Shown: positions 63,442 to 64,000 of the stretch, in pieces
How the letters are laid out: each line of letters starts with the position of its first letter
Position numbering within the stretch: position 1 is the stretch's first letter
Source of the DNA: Schmidtea polychroa
Taxonomy: Eukaryota
DNA: 64,000 nucleotides
Direction: 5' to 3'
Assembly (NCBI GenBank): GCA_044892525.1
Contig: CM097885.1
Coordinates: 39,310,001 to 39,374,000 of the forward strand
Made by a program: the position numbers and the translations under genes
Notes under the pieces: generated by a model
Told to the model about the DNA's origin: nothing
Seen by the model: the letters and a program-made list of their open reading frames with translations, nothing else
Databases searched by the model: none

Positions 63442-64000
63442 ATGGTTAAAAAAGTTTGGAAAAGCGTTAATGTCGATTTTACGATAAAAAGCAACAATAA
63501 CATAATTGAGAATTCGGAAATTAGCGAAAATAATACAACGATTACTGCTGAATTGAGAAAAGCTTTGCCAACAACAACACATGCCAATCGTCAACTTGAA
63601 GAAGTTAATAAACTACCAATCGATGGTCCATTTTATTTGGCATTTTCTAATCTGAATTTTGATGTTGATGAAGAGTGCATTAGAAATCTGTTTAAAGGTT
63701 TAGATTTGGTGGATATTTATTTCAATCCGAGAAAGCGAGGAACTGGCAATATAGAATTCAGAAGTTTGGACAATTTGAAATCGGCGTTGGAATTTAATGG
63801 ACAAGTTTTCGTCGGTAGAGCAATTATTTTGACATTAATCACGGACATAGACAAAGAAAAGAAATTTAACACATTTCTAGATAAGAATGGTTGTTTTCAC
63901 AAAGATGAAAAGAAATCTAAAGCAGATGAATCTGAAAATTGGAGAAGTAAGAAAGTTGTTGAAAGGAAAGAAACAAAACCAAGTGATAGCGATAATTGGA
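63442..64000 (+). CDS. eIF4B: eIF4B-like protein, partial copy (runs off the window)
   Basis: ATGGTTAAAAAAG at 63442; open to the window end. Confidence 0.72.
   Translation, partial: MVKKVWKSVNVDFTIKSNNNIIENSEISENNTTITAELRKALPTTTHANRQLEEVNKLPIDGPFYLAFSNLNFDVDEECIRNLFKGLDLVDIYFNPRKRGTGNIEFRSLDNLKSALEFNGQVFVGRAIILTLITDIDKEKKFNTFLDKNGCFHKDEKKSKADESENWRSKKVVERKETKPSDSDNW

Larger units (their letters stand above)
17933..64000 (+). repeat. Tandem array of 3631-3643-bp units, each with an eIF4B-like gene; unit 1 is interrupted by the 19.55-kb insertion
   Basis: ORF starts at 41630, 45273, 48916, 52549, 56180, 59811 and 63442. Unit 1 = 17933-20586 plus 40146-41134 = 3643 bp. Confidence 0.97.

Overview
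AT-rich eukaryotic DNA, probably invertebrate, in three blocks. (1) Positions 1 to about 14.9 kb (minus strand) hold a large Ty3/gypsy-like LTR retroelement or endogenous retrovirus. Its order is LTR end (12860), tRNA-Pro primer binding site (PBS), RING-finger ORF, long repeat-bearing leader, gag with three CCHC knuckles, two ubiquitin-like domains plus a TRAF-type MATH domain, and a class III (chuvirus-G/herpes-gB-like) env whose cytoplasmic tail carries ankyrin repeats. No protease, RT, RNase H or integrase motifs are visible. The gag-to-env ORFs can be joined into one polyprotein across two stops and three frameshifts. (2) From 17933 to the window end runs a ~3.63-kb tandem array of an intronless, divergent eIF4B-like gene (RRM plus 19-aa NWR repeats): 7 complete direct copies, 1 inverted copy and 1 partial copy. 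(3) Array unit 1 is interrupted by a 19.55-kb insertion (20587-40139) with AGT...ACT inverted termini and a 6-bp target-site duplication (TSD, ATTTAC), the Polinton/Maverick signature. It contains a nested TA-flanked TIR element and no transposition genes. A ~23-kb fold-back palindrome (16283-27580 / 27652-39195) has copied 4.3 kb of flank, including the eIF4B-like gene, inside the element. All family calls come from motif recognition by eye; no database searches were run.
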